Assembly: GCA_964384035.1 (NCBI GenBank)
Contig: CAYLIB010000002.1
Coordinates: 28,704-92,703 of the forward strand
DNA from: an uncultured Candidatus Saccharibacteria bacterium
GTDB taxonomy: Bacteria; Patescibacteriota; Doudnabacteria; UBA920
Reading direction: 5' to 3'
Length of the DNA stretch: 64,000 nucleotides
Below are positions 18,139-28,431 of the stretch, one piece after another (the stretch's first letter is position 1; the number at the start of each line of letters is the position of its first letter). Below the pieces are notes generated by a model. That model made no database searches and had not been told where the DNA came from. It saw nothing but the letters and a program-made list of their open reading frames with translations. The position numbers and the translations under genes are program-made.

Positions 18139-18972
18139 ATGCAAAAAAGGGAAAAGTTAGCGGGTTACTGTGGGCACGGAAATGTAAGAAATAATTGCGA
18201 ATCATGCAATAAAGAGCGCATAGACTTTTTAGGTCAATTAGAATTTCCTGCACGTGAAGAAGTAGAGTCTATGGATTTCAAATCGCTTCATGAGCTTTGG
18301 TCTAAAAACCACGAAATGTTCATGCGCGTCGTAAATTCTTTAGACCTGTCTAAGTTTCCACATTTGGCAGTTCATGGTAGTAGAGAAGGTGGTTTAGATT
18401 TTCTTCAAAGGAAAAACATTCCAGCTTATGTTTCTTTTAATAACAAAAAGCCATCAGACGAGGTAGAGGCTGCTGCTATCCTTTATCATCTTGCTTCTGT
18501 TGGCGTACAGTATACTAGGGTTGAGAGGGATTTTAAGCCCGGGAGTTTGGTTATTTGCAGTTTAGGGCAGGAAAAAGAGTCCTCTCGTAATCGTTTGCAG
18601 GAAAAGAAAGATAATAGAACCAGTGTTCGTTTTTTGAATCCTCAGCCGCTTTACCCTAAGCCTTTTAATCCAGGAGAAGAGTTAAATGAAAAAAATTGGA
18701 TAATGTCTCCTTGTGATACAGTTCCTGAGTCTAGGATTTTTTCCTACATAGAAATAATGGAAGAACACGGTGATATACAGGTGAATAAGATCGATGCAGA
18801 AAAATTATTCTCAAGTCCAGAATTAAATTTGGTAGTTAACCAAAATGAGCTGCCAGGTTACGAACATTTAAAATCCGAAAATAAAATTATAGATGGTTAT
18901 AGAGCCCAAGTTGCTTTAAGACTTGAAAGTCTCAAGGTAGCTATAAAAATTATCGAAAAATATCTGCTATGA
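18139..18972 (+). CDS. Hypothetical protein
   Basis: 277-aa ORF abutting glgP and overlapping the glgA start; N-terminal CGHG...CESC motif. Confidence 0.65.
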   Translation: MQKREKLAGYCGHGNVRNNCESCNKERIDFLGQLEFPAREEVESMDFKSLHELWSKNHEMFMRVVNSLDLSKFPHLAVHGSREGGLDFLQRKNIPAYVSFNNKKPSDEVEAAAILYHLASVGVQYTRVERDFKPGSLVICSLGQEKESSRNRLQEKKDNRTSVRFLNPQPLYPKPFNPGEELNEKNWIMSPCDTVPESRIFSYIEIMEEHGDIQVNKIDAEKLFSSPELNLVVNQNELPGYEHLKSENKIIDGYRAQVALRLESLKVAIKIIEKYLL

Positions 18973-20444
18973 AAGTTCTAATTGTTTCTAGTGAAAATTC
19001 TCCGTACGCCCAAGTAGGTGGCTTAAGTCAGGCTATTTCCTTCCTCGCACGCGCTATTGCCAAACAAGGTGTAGATGTTCGCGTTTTTATGCCTAAGTAT
19101 GGAGTAATAGACGAAAAAAAATACGCGATGGATATGGACAACGAGGGCTTAAAAGTCCCAACAGGCGCGCCTAAAAAAGGTAAGCTGCCGAGCGAGCTTA
19201 TTTGTAACGTAAAATACAGAAGTTTAGACGAATTTTATGCACCTACATATTTTTTAGAGAACCGAGAATACTACGAACTCCGCGCGAATGTCTACGGTTA
19301 CAGCGACGAACACACTCGCTTCGCGCTACTTTCTTATGGCGCGCTAGAATGGATACTTCAAAGTAAAAAAGCAGGAAAATGGGTACCAGAAGTCATTCAT
19401 GCAAACGACTGGCACGCAGGGTACTTGGTTGAAGCGATTAAGCGAAACCCTAGGTATAAAAAAGAACTCGGTTCAGTAAAAGTAATCTATACCATACACA
19501 ATTTTAGACACCAAGGAAATATTAATTTCCGTTACGCAGATAAACAGGACGATGGTAAAAAAGAATTACTTCCCATGCTCGACCCAAAAATGCGTCTCCA
19601 GAATCCCATGTTAAGGGGGATTATAAACGCTGATCTTATTAACACTGTCTCTAAGAAGCATGCGCAGGAAGTGCAGACAAAAGAATATGGAGAGGGGTTA
19701 GATGAAGTACTCAGAAAGTATGCGTACAAACTAAGTGGTATTGCGAACGGTATAGATACTCTAGAGATGAACCCGGAAACAGATAAAAATATAGTCTCTC
19801 AGTTTAATATTAAGCAAATTCAGGCGAGAGCGGTAAATAAAACTGCTTTACAGAAATATTTTAAGCTCCCGGTCGCTAAAGATGTACCGATCTTTGGGTA
19901 CATAGGAAGACTAGCTCCACAGAAAGGGATAGAAATTATTTTACAGGTATTAGAACATATAGAGTCGCTACCTAAAAGTCAGTTTATCTTCCTCGGTAGT
20001 GGGGCAGAGAACTATTATGAAGAAATTAAAAAAATGTGCGAGCGGTATCCTACTAGGGTCGCAGCATTTCTACAAAGGGATTTTGTAATCCCCAGAAAAA
20101 TATTCGCCGGAGCAGACTTTTTACTAGTTCCTAGTCTTTTTGAGCCGGGTGGAATAGTTGCGATGGAGGCCCTGCGTTATGGTTGTATACCTGTAGTAGC
20201 TAATACCGGTGGTTTGAGCGAAACTGTTCAAGCATTCGATATTAACACTGGTGCTGGTAATGGTTTTCTTCATGAGCCTAAGGACACATGGAGTTTCTAT
20301 ACTAGTCTAATAGAAGCCTTAACCGTCTTCAGGCACAACGAATCCTGGCAGTCCCTAGTAAAAAATGCCCTCGCCTGCGACTTTTCATGGGACAAAACCG
20401 CCCAGAAATACATAGAACTTTATAAGCAAATGTTAACAAAATGA
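18969..20444 (+). CDS. glgA: Glycogen/starch synthase (GT5)
   Basis: xVGGL loop, IHANDWH, TIHN, GIANGID, GRLAPQKG, PSLFEPGG, TGGLSETV, FSWDKTA. Confidence 0.93.
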   Translation: MKVLIVSSENSPYAQVGGLSQAISFLARAIAKQGVDVRVFMPKYGVIDEKKYAMDMDNEGLKVPTGAPKKGKLPSELICNVKYRSLDEFYAPTYFLENREYYELRANVYGYSDEHTRFALLSYGALEWILQSKKAGKWVPEVIHANDWHAGYLVEAIKRNPRYKKELGSVKVIYTIHNFRHQGNINFRYADKQDDGKKELLPMLDPKMRLQNPMLRGIINADLINTVSKKHAQEVQTKEYGEGLDEVLRKYAYKLSGIANGIDTLEMNPETDKNIVSQFNIKQIQARAVNKTALQKYFKLPVAKDVPIFGYIGRLAPQKGIEIILQVLEHIESLPKSQFIFLGSGAENYYEEIKKMCERYPTRVAAFLQRDFVIPRKIFAGADFLLVPSLFEPGGIVAMEALRYGCIPVVANTGGLSETVQAFDINTGAGNGFLHEPKDTWSFYTSLIEALTVFRHNESWQSLVKNALACDFSWDKTAQKYIELYKQMLTK

Positions 20445-21910
20445 TTTCAGGAGAATATAACAGCATAAACCCTGATGCTGCAAATATTGAAAGAAAAAAA
20501 GAAGAGCTTTTGGATGAGATGAAGAAGAGGTCGGATGAGCTTCATTCTATTCTTCAAAAAAGCGAGTCAGAACAAGACGAATTGTTGAGATATTTCGAAA
20601 AACATGCGGCTGATTTAGTAAAAGCATATGAATTTGAACCTGAGGTAGTCATACCTGTTCTAAAAAAGATGTGTTTAACAATTAGACCAAAAGAGGTAGA
20701 GTTTAGAGCTACAAAGTTTCACTATTATGGCTTAAATAAAATAGTTCAGCTACTCCCGAAGTTGCAGTCCGATATAAAAAACGGAAAGCCCATGCTAAGT
20801 CGTCTTGAAACGATATTTTATCTAACAGACTCAGAAGCGAGTAGTTTAGATTTTCAAAATAAAGGTGTCGAATCCTTATATGCTTTATTGCCTGAAATTT
20901 CTGCCAATTTTAATACTTACAATGGATTCGTCAACTATTCTCCGTTCATTGTACCAATCTTGAGGTATGGAGGGGTTATGCAGCGTGCAGCTGTCGAAAA
21001 GGTTATATGGGACTCCGCACAGTCTTATTCCGAGGAAGAGAGGTTTAGGGCGCTCTTTATTCTCTGTGTTAATGCAGACGATTACCCTGAGGTGTGTAAA
21101 AAATACTTCTGGCAAAAACTTGAATCTCTAAAACTTCCTGCAGCGGAAATATGTGAGGCCTGGGCAAAGGGTTCAAAAAAAGATGAGTTAAGGTACGCAC
21201 TCTCAGAGAATTTCAAGCTCATAAATTCGATTGAGGAAAAAAGACCAGGTATATGCGAAGTATTAAATAAAGAATTCGGAATAAAAAACTTTGCTCGTTA
21301 TCCTATCGATTTATTGGTCGACCAGTATGATCATCGTGACGATAAAGATGTGCAATACGGCATAATAGTCACTCCAGTAGAGGATTATAATGGGAGTCAA
21401 TATCGTAATCAGGGTATCTATAATAATATGCATAGAGCTCTAAAAAATAAAATTCACTTGCGGGTAGTGGAGTGTGAATCACGGGGGCATTTTGTAAGAA
21501 AATTAAATGAGTTAGACGGTAAGTATAACTCAGAGCCAGGGGTTAATAATGAGATTTCGCTATTATATTTTGGAGGTCATGGCTCCGAAGATTCTATTTG
21601 TCTAGGTGATTCGGGTGAGAAGCAAAAAATTAGAGTGAAGGATCTCAAAGGTTCAAGGTTAGGAAAAGTGAAAAGCTACTTTAAGAAAAAATGCATTGCC
21701 ATTTTGGCATCGTGTAGTACAGGTAAGGTCGGTGGTTTTGCAGAAACTCTAACTCAAGAATTAGATTTTGTAACTTACGCCTCTGACAAGGTAGGTTCTT
21801 TACATAGTCTCGATGTAAGATTTGATGAGCAGGAGAATCCTGTATTTGATCTTGAATATATATCTAAAAGAATCGGTATATTTAAGGGATTGGTCTATGG
21901 GGGTAAATAA
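20441..21910 (+). CDS. Hypothetical protein with possible C-terminal clan-CD (caspase-like/DUF4347-like) His-Cys domain
   Basis: LLYFGGHG followed ~45 aa later by ILASCSTG. Confidence 0.55.
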   Translation: MISGEYNSINPDAANIERKKEELLDEMKKRSDELHSILQKSESEQDELLRYFEKHAADLVKAYEFEPEVVIPVLKKMCLTIRPKEVEFRATKFHYYGLNKIVQLLPKLQSDIKNGKPMLSRLETIFYLTDSEASSLDFQNKGVESLYALLPEISANFNTYNGFVNYSPFIVPILRYGGVMQRAAVEKVIWDSAQSYSEEERFRALFILCVNADDYPEVCKKYFWQKLESLKLPAAEICEAWAKGSKKDELRYALSENFKLINSIEEKRPGICEVLNKEFGIKNFARYPIDLLVDQYDHRDDKDVQYGIIVTPVEDYNGSQYRNQGIYNNMHRALKNKIHLRVVECESRGHFVRKLNELDGKYNSEPGVNNEISLLYFGGHGSEDSICLGDSGEKQKIRVKDLKGSRLGKVKSYFKKKCIAILASCSTGKVGGFAETLTQELDFVTYASDKVGSLHSLDVRFDEQENPVFDLEYISKRIGIFKGLVYGGK

Positions 21911-21990
21911 TTTGTGCTTGTCTGGATATTCCGGGTGAGATAGAGGGATGAGGTATTATGTTTTTTATTCCGAAAATAAAAAACCGAAAA

Positions 21991-22482
21991 TTATTCGGTA
22001 GCTATTTGTTTAATTTCAGGAACAATATTAGCTCTTTTTTGTTGGCTAAGTTTTGCTATAACCCACGCGGCAGTAATAATTACTGCGTTCTCAAGCAACC
22101 AAATCCCTATCCCAAGCCATGACCATCTTACGTCATCATGTGCGTTCAGCCATAGGTACATGCTTTGTTCGTCATGTAGTAGCGCCTCTCCAACACCATA
22201 AGCTAAGAACCAACCAAAGCGCTGACTGGCCTTCTGAATCCGAAATAACCCTTGAACTGCTATTACCTCCAAAATCATTATCCCAGCATTGAAATGGTGA
22301 AATCTTAAACCGTCGGTAATAATAATTCCAAACTCAGGGTGGTAGATGCTCAAGGCTCTGGTAATGAAAAGGGTAATAATAAAAGTCACCGATGACGTGA
22401 TAATTAGAGCCAGAGCTTGCTTAGTCAGGCTTTTTTCCATCGATCTAGCGACGAAAAAATATAACACTCTAAGTGGTTTCAT
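21991..22482 (-). CDS. Integral membrane hypothetical protein
   Basis: About 4 TM segments; HHFNAG and GVGEALLHDE conserved-looking motifs; follows the GT2 gene. Confidence 0.7.
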   Translation of the reverse strand: MKPLRVLYFFVARSMEKSLTKQALALIITSSVTFIITLFITRALSIYHPEFGIIITDGLRFHHFNAGIMILEVIAVQGLFRIQKASQRFGWFLAYGVGEALLHDEQSMYLWLNAHDDVRWSWLGIGIWLLENAVIITAAWVIAKLSQQKRANIVPEIKQIATE

Positions 22483-22493
22483 TAGCTTCTCCT

Positions 22494-23225
22494 TTAGTTT
22501 CTGATGTCTAGATAGTCATGAGAGGCGGGTCTGCCTTTAAAAACTACACTTAAGTAATTCCAGGCATAACGAATTCCTATTTTCCATAGACCCTCATGAT
22601 TCATTCTCCGAGCCGAGGAATAGTTATAGAAGGACAAAGAAAATTTAATCTTTCCTACTTTCATGAGTCTTCTAGCCAAGTCAGCATCCTCACCATAAAA
22701 AGGTATTCTGGTATCGTAACCTTGAATGTCTTTAAGGGCTGATTTCCTAATTACAACATTACCTCCTTGTATCATTGAGGCTCTGCGTAATAAGAACCTG
22801 TTCACGAGGTAAGCAAAGTAACTGAAATAGTAGAAAATCCGAATCCAGAAATCCTGGGTTCCACTAGAGTCGTAACACCTATAAGGCCCGCTAAGTGCAA
22901 CCAATTCCTGATCCTCTGTAAATTCGCGGATCACTCTTTTTACTTGCCCTTGTCCCAGTCTACAGTCTGCGTCTATCTGGAATATTAAATCTCCAGAGGC
23001 TTTCTCAAGCCCTGTTTTTCTAGCCTGAGTTAGACCTTTCGTGGGCTCGTCTATTACTTGTGTATAACGAAACCCCATAGCCACACGTGCTGTTCTATCC
23101 GTGGATGCATTATTTACAACAATTATCTCATGTCCGCTACCTGTAATCTGTTCAATTATAGATGCGAGTGCATAAGAAATTAATTTTTCCTCATTAAAAG
23201 CAGGAATTACAAAGCTAATCTTCAT
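22494..23225 (-). CDS. Glycosyltransferase family 2
   Basis: ISFVIPAFNEE, VNNASTD, DAD, GGN, GEDADL, SSARR. Confidence 0.92.
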   Translation of the reverse strand: MKISFVIPAFNEEKLISYALASIIEQITGSGHEIIVVNNASTDRTARVAMGFRYTQVIDEPTKGLTQARKTGLEKASGDLIFQIDADCRLGQGQVKRVIREFTEDQELVALSGPYRCYDSSGTQDFWIRIFYYFSYFAYLVNRFLLRRASMIQGGNVVIRKSALKDIQGYDTRIPFYGEDADLARRLMKVGKIKFSLSFYNYSSARRMNHEGLWKIGIRYAWNYLSVVFKGRPASHDYLDIRN

Positions 23226-23351
23226 ATAGACCTCCTTATCTCATTTCCGAGTCACTTATTATAGCAAACAGAGGCTATTTCTTTGTAAACTTATGCTTTT
23301 TATTAGTTTTCAAAATCGGTGGTTAGAGTATTTAAAAGGGGAGTGAGGAAG

Positions 23352-23380
23352 TTGACATAATGGGTCTATTTATGTATACT
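23352..23380 (+). promoter_or_regulatory. Sigma70 promoter at the start of the long leader of the surface-protein gene
   Basis: TTGACA-17 nt-TATACT. Confidence 0.7.
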
Positions 23381-23519
23381 CAGCAATGTATTTAGTCCCG
23401 CCTCTTTATATGAATAGAACTGGAAGCAAAATCACTTTTTTAGTCAGAAAACCTAAATTCGCCTTTAAAGTTTAAGTATTTTTAAAGTTGAATTTGGGTT
23501 TTTTGTTTTTTACAAGCAT

Positions 23520-24145
23520 TAAACCTAAAACACTTGTAACACTCAGAGGTTATAAGCGTCTCTAAATACGATGGGAGAAAACTATGAGCAAAAACTCATA
23601 TACCGAAACACAAAGAAACACAACAGCATTTAACAAACTTGTTACTTGCTACTTGTAATCTGTTACTAATGAGACTCATCGCTAAATCTTAGTTATTGAT
23701 CCCACGGCGTTTCGCAAGCAATTATAGTGTCGTATGCCTCTAGCCACTCCTGTTTAGGCGACTAGCGTCTGCATCTAAACTGGGGTCCTCAGATTTCTTG
23801 CTCACTTTTGTGTTTTAAAAAGATTTGTGGTCATGATGGTCTCGGGCTTTGCCCGGACCAAGCTCATGTAAAAGTCTTTTTAAAACCATAGAGAAAAGGA
23901 ATTTGGGGAGAGGAGTAATCACGGAGACTGCAGAAGCCAGATTTTCAATCTGGATTCGGAGGTCGCAGTGAATTACGACGAAGGTCGAACATATTGCGTA
24001 CAGTGTACGTCCTGTGGTTCTTCAATAATCTGTTAAATATGCAAGTCGTCTCGGTCCTCTAGAGCCTTGGCTTCGTGTTTATTGGCAGAAAATTAATTTT
24101 TTCATTGTGTGCTTGATTGTCTCAATTGAATAATCAAACATCTCT
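23520..24145 (+). ncRNA. Candidate large structured RNA or 5' leader
   Basis: No ORF; many nested helices, e.g. 23812-23826 with 23872-23886 (15 bp), 23626-23635 with 24031-24042, 23542-23549 with 24056-24064. Confidence 0.55.
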
Positions 24146-24169
24146 GAAAACGAAAGTATTTACCTAACA

Positions 24170-27100
24170 ATGAGTAATTCTCTCGCAAAGAAAGTCTTTG
24201 CTGTAGGTTCTGCTCTGGCTGTCGCCGTTTCTGCTTTCCCTGTTACTGCTCTCGCAGCAGCTCACAGTGCTGGCACAAACATCAAATCATCTGATGGAAC
24301 CATCTGGATGGTTATGCCTGACAATACCAGAAGAGCTTACACTTCCGCTGGCGCTTTCCTCAGCTACGGCTTTAACTCCTGGTCAGGAGTTGTAGACGCA
24401 AATGCTGATGATCTCGCTCTAACCGTAGGTTCCTTCATCCCTCCTCAGGACGGAAAAATCATCTGTTCTGACAGAGGTGCTGACAAAGGCACTTGCTATC
24501 TTATCACCGGTGGCCAAAAAGGTGGTTTCACTTCTGAAGCTGTCTTCAAAGGTCTTGGTTTCTCTTTCTCAAGAGCAACCTATGGTGACGTATCTTGGAT
24601 GTCTTCTACTTCCAACATCGACAACACCACTGCAGCCCACAGACCAGGTGTACTCGTTAACAATAACGGTACAGTCCAGTTAGTTGGCTCCGCTGGTTTA
24701 CTTGGTATCCCTGATCTTTCAACCTTCAACAGCTGGGGTTACAGCTTCAGCGATGTCGTAGCCGCAAATGCTTCTGACAAAGCTCTGTCCCAGACTGGTG
24801 TTATGGCTGCAAGAACAGCTGGACAGCTAAGTCCAACAGCAACCACAACTACCACGACTCCTCCTCCAGTATCTGGTTCTGTCACTGCTTCTTTAGCATC
24901 TGACACTCCAGCTACTTCAGTACTCGCTGGTGGTTCTTCCTACAACAACGTAACAAAGTTGTCTCTTACTAACGGTTCTTCTTCTGCAGCTAACTTGACT
25001 CAAATCACGTTAACTCGCGGTGGTATCGTTCAAGACAGCAGCGTTACTGGTGTAGCAGTTTTCGACGCTTCAGGTCGCCGCCATGGTAACTTCGGTACCT
25101 TCGGTACTGCAAAGTCCACCATTGGTTTTGCTTCTGATCCAATTGTAGTTCCAGCAAATGGTTCTACTACTCTTTGGGTTAAAGTTAATATCTCCAGTTC
25201 CGTTACAACCGGTACTGTAAACGTAGGTATTGCACAAGCTTCAGACCTCAAGTTTGATTCTGCAACTGTAGGTGGTTCTTTCCCACTTTGGGGTAACACC
25301 CATTCAATCGTAAGTGGCTCCAATGTTATTGGTTCTGCTACATTGAACTCTCAGACAGTTGGTGGTGGAACTTCTGGTTCCCCAGCTCAAATCGACCTCG
25401 GTCTTACCAACTTCACCGTTCAGAAATTCAGAATTTCTGAATCTAGCGGTCAAGAAGATATTAAGCTTTCTAGCTTAACTCTTTTCAACAACGGTACAGC
25501 AGCTGATGGCGATTACACCAACATCACTCTTAAGGATCAAGCAAACAACGTTCTTTCCACAATAGCTAAGTCTACTGGTGGTAAAGTACAGTTCGTTCTT
25601 ACTGCTCCTTATGTCATTCCTCGTGGCGCTACTCGCGACTTTAACATCGCAGTAGATGTACCAGGTATTTCTAACAGTGCATCTCGCACATTAGACTTCA
25701 CCATCCAGAATGACTACGATGTAGAACTTTATGGTTCCCAGACTGGTTCTGGTATATTACCAACCGCTTCCGGTGGTTCTACATTCCCAATCGGTGATGG
25801 TTCTGGTTCTGACGTAGGAAACTATGTTCAGTTCAAGAGCGGTTCTGTAACCGTTTCTAAAGCTTCTGACTCCCCATCTGCAAAGATGGCTCCAGGTGCT
25901 ACACAGCAAACTATTGCTTCCTTTGACGTAAAAGCTTTTGGCGAAGACGTCGAACTCCAGAAGTTAACCTTCGTTATTACCAAAGATGGTACCAACGAAC
26001 TTACAACTGGTATGAAGGCTTTCACAGGTACAGTTAAAGTTAACGATGAAGTTGGTTCAACTCTTTACAGTTCAACCGCTACCACCGCTTCTCTTTACTC
26101 TGCCGATGGTACCTTCACCATTAGCAACAGCTCTGTAACCAACACTGGTGCAGGTGCCGCTACTGGTACACAAGTCACTTTGAACACCTACAAGACCATA
26201 AAAGCTGGTACAACTGCAAAATTGAACTTTGTCACTGACATCTTCACTTCTGCAACTTCTACCGACCAATATGCAATTGCGATTCAGGGTTACTACGCAA
26301 GAAGAGTTTCTTCCAACAACTTTATTACCAATACTTCTACAGTAACTGGTAATACACGTCAGGTTGATACTTCTTCCCTAAGCACCTCTTCTAACTCTGC
26401 CTACAACCCAAGTAACTTGGTAAAAGGTGGTAGTGCTTTGAAGATTGGTTCTTTCAATATCCAGGCTGGTCCTGCTGAAAACATTACTTTGACCTCCCTT
26501 GGTCTAGTAATCTGTACAAACCACTCCGGTTCTACCGCAGCTATAGTTTGTACTTCTTCCGCTGTCCCAACTGGTGTATCCAACATCTTCTTAAAGACAA
26601 AGTCCGGCACAACTGAAACTGCCTTTGGTACCCCAATCTCTTCTACAACAGCTGGTACCACAGAAACTTTCAGCGGTAACGCTGTGATCAACGCTTCCTC
26701 TACATTGGAAGTTAATGTCTACGCAGATGTTTCCAATGCATTTGATTCATATGCATCTGGTTCCGATCTTCTCGGTGCCAAACTCACTGTAGTAGCTTCT
26801 GTAGGTCAGTCTTCTCAGACCAACATTACAGATTCTACTGGGGCAACTGGTCAAACTGTTACCATGACTGGTAATGGCGTTCTCCAGTTAACCGCAGACG
26901 CTGCTGGTACTCCAATTCAGCAGATCGTTCGCGCAAGTCAAACAGCTGTTCCTCTCTTGACCCTAAAGGTTGCAGAGTCTAGCAATGCTGAAGACTTAAC
27001 TATCAGAAAGCTTTACTTCAACGCCAGAAATGGTGCTGGTAACTACTCAAACCTTGCTTTGTATGATGGTGCTACTCAAGTTGGCTCCAGTGCAAGCATT

Positions 27101-28318
27101 GTAAACGGTGAAATCCGCTTCTCTGGTTTGTCTCTTTCTGTAACCAAAGGTGCTTCTGCTAAAGTTCTCACCCTAAAAGGTGATACTACAGCTAGTGGTA
27201 CCCAAACAGTTGGTTCTCAGACTAAGTTCTCTGCTACCTACTACGAATACCAAGGTGCCTCTTCTGGTACTACCGTGCGCGTAAGTGGTGGTACAACTGG
27301 TGCAACCGGTACCAACGACAACGCTGACACCGCAGCTACAGTTACTGTAGTTGATGGTTCTCAGTTCCAAGTTGGTGACAAAGTTGCTATCGACTTCAAC
27401 AATGATGGTGACTTAGGTGACACTGGAGAAACCAACAGTTCAGCTGGTTTCACAGTTGCTTCTGTAGCAGGCAATGTAGTCACATTAACTGCAGGTTCAA
27501 CTACCTTAGCAGACAATGTTGATATTACTGTTGCTGGTGGTAAAGTTGTCGCTTACGACAACGGTTCTACCGGTGCTTCTGTAAGTACTCGTCTAGACTT
27601 CTCGTCTCAGACTCTCATCAACCACAACGTTGAACCAGTTGTAGCAACCGATACTTCGGCTTCTACCGGTTCCAACGGCTCCTCTGGTCAGCCAATTGCT
27701 ACCTTCAACATTACTGCTGGTGGTACAAGAGACTTGATCATTTCAGCTTTGCAATTTAAGTTCTCCGGTTCTTTCGTAAGCGCTGGTGACGCTACTGCAA
27801 GCTGTAACAATGGTGCAGGTGGTGCTGATGACGGTGGTATCTACGATGTACAAGTATGGCAGAACGGTCAGGTCCAGACTGGTTCCCTCTTTGAAGGAAC
27901 TTCAGCTGCTGGAGCTACCGACTGTTTCGCTTCTGGCGACACAGCTTCCTTCTTGTTCACCAACCCAATCACCATTTCGGCTGGAACAACCGTTCCTTTC
28001 GTAATCAAGGCTAACACTTCTCAAACTCGTGCTGCTCTTACCACTTCTGGTACCATCTCTTACGGTGTGTACTTAGACGGTACAGCTGGCAAGGGTCAGA
28101 ACCTTGGTGGTGACGGTACAGGTGCTACAGACTTCAACACTGGTCTTACCCTCGGTGGCGTCTTCTGGGATTACACCGATGTTAACGGCAAGTACGGTGC
28201 TACTGGCACTACAGTTGCCGGTGTTGCTCCTACCTTCACGACAGCTAACGCTCTCGACACTGAAGTTATCGATGCAACCGACTACTACCCAGTCACTGGT
28301 CCAGTTATTAACTACTAA
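24170..28318 (+). CDS. Large secreted surface (S-layer-like) protein, 1382 aa
   Basis: Signal peptide; three N-terminal repeats (G.....GT.....F.S.G..F..V); Ser/Thr/Gly-rich beta-sandwich-like body; strong codon bias (GGT, TCT, ACT, GCT) suggests high expression. Confidence 0.8.
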   Translation: MSNSLAKKVFAVGSALAVAVSAFPVTALAAAHSAGTNIKSSDGTIWMVMPDNTRRAYTSAGAFLSYGFNSWSGVVDANADDLALTVGSFIPPQDGKIICSDRGADKGTCYLITGGQKGGFTSEAVFKGLGFSFSRATYGDVSWMSSTSNIDNTTAAHRPGVLVNNNGTVQLVGSAGLLGIPDLSTFNSWGYSFSDVVAANASDKALSQTGVMAARTAGQLSPTATTTTTTPPPVSGSVTASLASDTPATSVLAGGSSYNNVTKLSLTNGSSSAANLTQITLTRGGIVQDSSVTGVAVFDASGRRHGNFGTFGTAKSTIGFASDPIVVPANGSTTLWVKVNISSSVTTGTVNVGIAQASDLKFDSATVGGSFPLWGNTHSIVSGSNVIGSATLNSQTVGGGTSGSPAQIDLGLTNFTVQKFRISESSGQEDIKLSSLTLFNNGTAADGDYTNITLKDQANNVLSTIAKSTGGKVQFVLTAPYVIPRGATRDFNIAVDVPGISNSASRTLDFTIQNDYDVELYGSQTGSGILPTASGGSTFPIGDGSGSDVGNYVQFKSGSVTVSKASDSPSAKMAPGATQQTIASFDVKAFGEDVELQKLTFVITKDGTNELTTGMKAFTGTVKVNDEVGSTLYSSTATTASLYSADGTFTISNSSVTNTGAGAATGTQVTLNTYKTIKAGTTAKLNFVTDIFTSATSTDQYAIAIQGYYARRVSSNNFITNTSTVTGNTRQVDTSSLSTSSNSAYNPSNLVKGGSALKIGSFNIQAGPAENITLTSLGLVICTNHSGSTAAIVCTSSAVPTGVSNIFLKTKSGTTETAFGTPISSTTAGTTETFSGNAVINASSTLEVNVYADVSNAFDSYASGSDLLGAKLTVVASVGQSSQTNITDSTGATGQTVTMTGNGVLQLTADAAGTPIQQIVRASQTAVPLLTLKVAESSNAEDLTIRKLYFNARNGAGNYSNLALYDGATQVGSSASIVNGEIRFSGLSLSVTKGASAKVLTLKGDTTASGTQTVGSQTKFSATYYEYQGASSGTTVRVSGGTTGATGTNDNADTAATVTVVDGSQFQVGDKVAIDFNNDGDLGDTGETNSSAGFTVASVAGNVVTLTAGSTTLADNVDITVAGGKVVAYDNGSTGASVSTRLDFSSQTLINHNVEPVVATDTSASTGSNGSSGQPIATFNITAGGTRDLIISALQFKFSGSFVSAGDATASCNNGAGGADDGGIYDVQVWQNGQVQTGSLFEGTSAAGATDCFASGDTASFLFTNPITISAGTTVPFVIKANTSQTRAALTTSGTISYGVYLDGTAGKGQNLGGDGTGATDFNTGLTLGGVFWDYTDVNGKYGATGTTVAGVAPTFTTANALDTEVIDATDYYPVTGPVINY

Positions 28319-28362
28319 TCCAAGCGATTAGGGTTATAACCCAAACCTAGACTGAATAGTCA

Positions 28363-28392
28363 AAAACCCCCACCCGCAAGGGTGGGGGTTTT
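28363..28392 (+). terminator. Strong intrinsic terminator
   Basis: aaaacccccaccc-gcaa-gggtgggggtttt with a GNRA loop. Confidence 0.85.
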
Positions 28393-28431
28393 GTATTTAT
28401 GCTAAAATATAGACATAATTTATTCATCAAA

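Noticed and set aside
24477-28331. Short ORFs inside the surface-protein gene
   Set aside because: Shadow frames arising from strong codon bias
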